NCBI GenBank assembly: GCA_949451655.1
Contig: CASTST010000001.1
Location: forward strand, 1,981-65,980
Reading direction: 5' to 3'
Source: an uncultured Eubacteriales bacterium
Lineage (GTDB): Bacteria; Bacillota; Clostridia; Oscillospirales; CAG-272
Length of the DNA: 64,000 bases
The number at the start of each line of letters is the position of its first letter. Within the stretch, counting starts at the first letter, position 1. The notes below the pieces were generated by a model. The model searched no databases, was not told the origin of the DNA, and saw nothing but the letters and a program-made list of their open reading frames with translations. Positions 61,353 through 64,000 of this stretch are shown here, piece by piece. The translations under genes were made by a program, and so were the position numbers.

Positions 61353-61493
61353 ATCTGACCTCCCGGGTTTGATAAAATCAGACAAAACGCTGTAACAAAA
61401 GAACGCCTCCGAACGATCCGTAGTCCGGATCCAAAGCGGAGGCGGGCGGGGAATCCCCGCTTTTTCTCATGGTAGAGGCTCACAGTGCCCCGT

Positions 61494-61628
61494 TTAGTGC
61501 GTCAGTCTTGCTCTGCCTTTCGCACGGCGTCTTTTCAAAACTTTTCTGCCATCGGCAGTTTTCATTCTTTTACGGAAACCGTGTTCCTTTTTTCTCTGAC
61601 GCTTTTTCGGTTGATATGTCCGGAGCAT
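61494..61628 (-). CDS. rpmH: 50S ribosomal protein L34
   Basis: Not in the ORF track because it is shorter than 60 aa. Minus-strand ATG at 61628 follows TAAGGAGG and translates to [44 protein letters not shown]. Stop at 61494-61496. Confidence 0.95.
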   Translation of the reverse strand: MLRTYQPKKRQRKKEHGFRKRMKTADGRKVLKRRRAKGRARLTH

Positions 61629-61717
61629 ATTTGCACCTCCTTACGGTTTATCGAAATTTTAATTATTTCCTGAAATTTGTTTGGACAACTAAGTCCACAG
61701 ACGCATAGGCAATAATC

Positions 61718-61747
61718 ATTATACATAGAAAGTGGCATATTTGTCAA
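61718..61747 (-). promoter_or_regulatory. Sigma-A promoter of rpmH-rnpA
   Basis: On the minus strand: TTGACA (61742-61747), an 18-nt spacer, then TATAAT (61718-61723) with TG at the extended -10 position. Confidence 0.75.
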
Positions 61748-61843
61748 GGGTTTTCTGAAATTTTACCGGTGTAAAAAGGGATTTTCCGGGAGGGAATCTA
61801 TATGTTGTATTTGGGACTGTGCCAGGGTACAAGAAAAAATATA

Positions 61844-62270
61844 AAAAGGCTCCTCGTGCGATGCTAACCAAACGTAAAAAGTCTCCCCCGGTAAAGGGGG
61901 CGCACCGTACTCCACCAACCTTAAAGCCTCCCAGCAAAGGGAGCTCCCACGGAGCGTCCAAACTTTATAAGGCTCCCTTGTGTAAAGGGAGCTGTCACAG
62001 CTTTGCTGTGACTGAGGGATTGTCTATGCTATCATTTTGAATAATCTATAAATCGGCAATCCACCGAAACAATCCCTCCGGGTTTTGCGTAGCAAAACCC
62101 ACCTCCCTTTGCACAAGGGAGGCTTCAGTTTAGTGGGTGCTTGCATCGGCACCTCCTTTACACAAGGGGGGCTTATAACGTAAGCGCTTGCTCCGCGGGA
62201 CCCCCCTTTTGCTGGGGCTTTTTGTTTGGCGAAAATCGCACAAGGGAGCCTAACGGAGCGAATCCCCTCC
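61844..62270 (-). repeat. Mosaic hairpin-repeat array R22 (1 unit)
   Basis: Core at 62016-62076 (R). Arms are GTCACAGC-TTT-GCTGTGAC and GGTTTTGC-GTA-GCAAAACC, with multiple accessory hairpins on both sides. Confidence 0.9.
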
Positions 62271-62375
62271 ATATTTTACTGAAAATTTTTAAAAATCCCC
62301 ATAAACCGGTTTCGAAAAATATTTTAATATGCTATACTTGTATATATACTATACAAATAAAAGAGGAATTTACAT

Positions 62376-63470
62376 ATGTATGATTATTTAATCGTAGGCG
62401 CCGGTCTGTTCGGCGCAGTTTTTGCACAGGAGGCGACCCGGGCGGGAAAATCCTGCCTTGTGATAGATCGGCGGGATCATATCGGCGGCAATTTGTATAC
62501 CAAGGAAATTGAGGGTGTGGAAACACATATGTATGGCGCGCATATTTTCCATACCAGTGATCGGACTGTATGGGAATATGTGAATCGGTTCGCCGAGTTT
62601 AACCGATATACCAACAGTCCCATTGCTCTGTATAAGGGAAAAGCATACAATATGCCTTTTAATATGAACACCTTCAACAGCCTTTGGGGTGTGATTACGC
62701 CCCAGCAGGCGCGGGAAAAAATCGACGCGCAGATTGCGGCTGCCGGGATCACCGAGCCGAAAAACTTGGAAGAGCAGGCGCTGTCTTTGGTGGGACGGGA
62801 TATTTATGAAACGCTTGTAAAAGGATATACGGAAAAGCAGTGGGGGCGCCGGGCGACGGAGCTGCCGGCGTTCATCATCCGCCGTCTGCCGGTGCGGTTT
62901 ACCTATGACAATAATTATTTCAACGACAGTTTTCAGGGAATCCCGGTGGAGGGATACACCAAGATGATTGAACGGATGCTGGAAGGGGCGGAGGTACGGT
63001 TGAACTGCGACTATTTTGGAGCCCGGGAGGAGCTGTCCGCTCTTGCAAAAACAACGGTATTCACTGGAATGATCGACCAGTTTTATGATTACCGCTTTGG
63101 AATGCTGGAGTATCGGAGCCTGCGTTTTGAAACGGAAGTTTTGGATATGGAAAACTATCAGGGCAACGCAGTGGTGAATTATACGGAATATGAAGTGCCC
63201 TATACCCGGATTATCGAGCACAAGCATTTTACATTTGGTTCAGGCGGGAAGACGGTAATCACCCGGGAATATCCCGCGGTGTGGAAGCCGGGAGACGAGC
63301 CGTACTACCCTATGAACGATGAAAAAAACAACGCCCTATATGAGAAGTACAAGGCGCTGGCGGATCAGGAGAAAAACGTATTGTTCGGCGGCAGACTGGG
63401 CAGATATAAATATTATGATATGCATCATGTAGTCGCGCAGGCATTGGAATTGGCGCAGTCCGTTTTGTGA
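62376..63470 (+). CDS. glf: UDP-galactopyranose mutase
   Basis: 364-aa ORF with an N-terminal FAD fold (YDYLIVGAGLFGAVFA). Glf-like throughout. Confidence 0.93.
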   Translation: MYDYLIVGAGLFGAVFAQEATRAGKSCLVIDRRDHIGGNLYTKEIEGVETHMYGAHIFHTSDRTVWEYVNRFAEFNRYTNSPIALYKGKAYNMPFNMNTFNSLWGVITPQQAREKIDAQIAAAGITEPKNLEEQALSLVGRDIYETLVKGYTEKQWGRRATELPAFIIRRLPVRFTYDNNYFNDSFQGIPVEGYTKMIERMLEGAEVRLNCDYFGAREELSALAKTTVFTGMIDQFYDYRFGMLEYRSLRFETEVLDMENYQGNAVVNYTEYEVPYTRIIEHKHFTFGSGGKTVITREYPAVWKPGDEPYYPMNDEKNNALYEKYKALADQEKNVLFGGRLGRYKYYDMHHVVAQALELAQSVL

Positions 63471-63486
63471 GCGCGCAGACGAGAAG

Positions 63487-64000
63487 CTCACTTGTGGATC
63501 CACTGTGTGGCTCCACAGGGAAGTGTTGCGTAGAACCTACGTTAAAAGGCCCCCATGTGAGGATCCGCTACGCGGCTCCATAGGGGGCTGTCGACCAAGC
63601 GTAGCGACGTCGACTGGGGGATTGTTTCTACTATCATTTTGGATAACCTGCAAATCGGCAGCATGTACAGACAATTCCTCCGTCTTGATCGCTATGCTTG
63701 GGCAAGACACCTCCTTTTGCACAAAGGAGGCTTTAGTATGTTGGTAGCTGTCGCGTAGCACCCACGATAAAAGGCTCCCCCCAGCAAAGAGACTTCCGCG
63801 GAGCACAAACATGAAAAGGCCCCCTTGTGCAAAGGGGGCTGTCACAGCTTTGCTGTGACTGAGGGATTGTAATTCTATCATTTTGCAGGATCTACAAATC
63901 GACAGCATGTGCGAGACAATCCCTCCGTCACGGCTGCGCCGTGCCACCTCCCTTTACACAAGGGAGGCTTAGGGTTTGATTGCAGCCCCCCTTTGCACAA
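63487..64000 (-). repeat. Mosaic hairpin-repeat array R23 (2 units, runs off the window)
   Basis: Cores at 63618-63678 and 63863-63923 (both R). The array is still in progress at base 64000. Confidence 0.9.

Noticed and set aside
61404-61460. Hairpins in the rpmH-rnpA spacer (GCCTCCG...CGGAGGC and GCGGGGATTCCCCGC) as a copy of the mosaic repeat.
   Set aside because: They have no GGGATTGT core box or TTGTGCAAA loop. They are more likely an ordinary attenuator or partial terminator between rpmH and rnpA.

Overview
Origin-proximal chromosomal segment of a moderately GC-rich Firmicute. It is a member of the Clostridia, and the proteins look Oscillospirales/Ruminococcaceae-like, though that placement is low confidence. 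I call 53 protein genes, almost all housekeeping: dnaA-dnaN-remB-gyrB-gyrA, rpmH-rnpA-yidD-yidC-jag, parA/parB, serS, cysE, cysS, rbfA-nrnA-truB, maf-mreBCD-PBP2-nth, dut, proBA, leuA-cimA, mnmE, rny and holA. The dnaA-dnaN spacer looks like oriC, with six TGTGGAAAA-type DnaA boxes and a 35-nt pure A/T tract. A perfect 16-bp parS lies at 47588-47603. I found no rRNA, tRNA, CRISPR array, transposase or integrase. The standout feature is non-coding. One modular, hairpin-rich repeat family fills 23 spacers between transcription units, with 28 full ~150-bp units plus 2 partial ones. By my hand-drawn boundaries this is about 8.7 kb, roughly 13-14% of the window. Each unit is a nested imperfect palindrome: G/C hairpins with invariant TTGTGCAAA/TTTGCACAA loops and co-varying stems flank an A/T-rich ~45-nt core bounded by GGGATTGT/ACAATCCC. 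One copy has its core inverted relative to its arms, two copies have swapped arm types, and one is truncated exactly at the core boundary. A low-GC two-gene cassette is bracketed by near-identical direct copies. Oppositely oriented arrays also bracket a 17-kb block whose re-inversion would restore the canonical rpmH/dnaA arrangement. I do not recognise the family as any named repeat or RNA family, but that is recall, not a database search. Many ORF-track entries are translations of these repeats or antisense shadows of real genes and are rejected.
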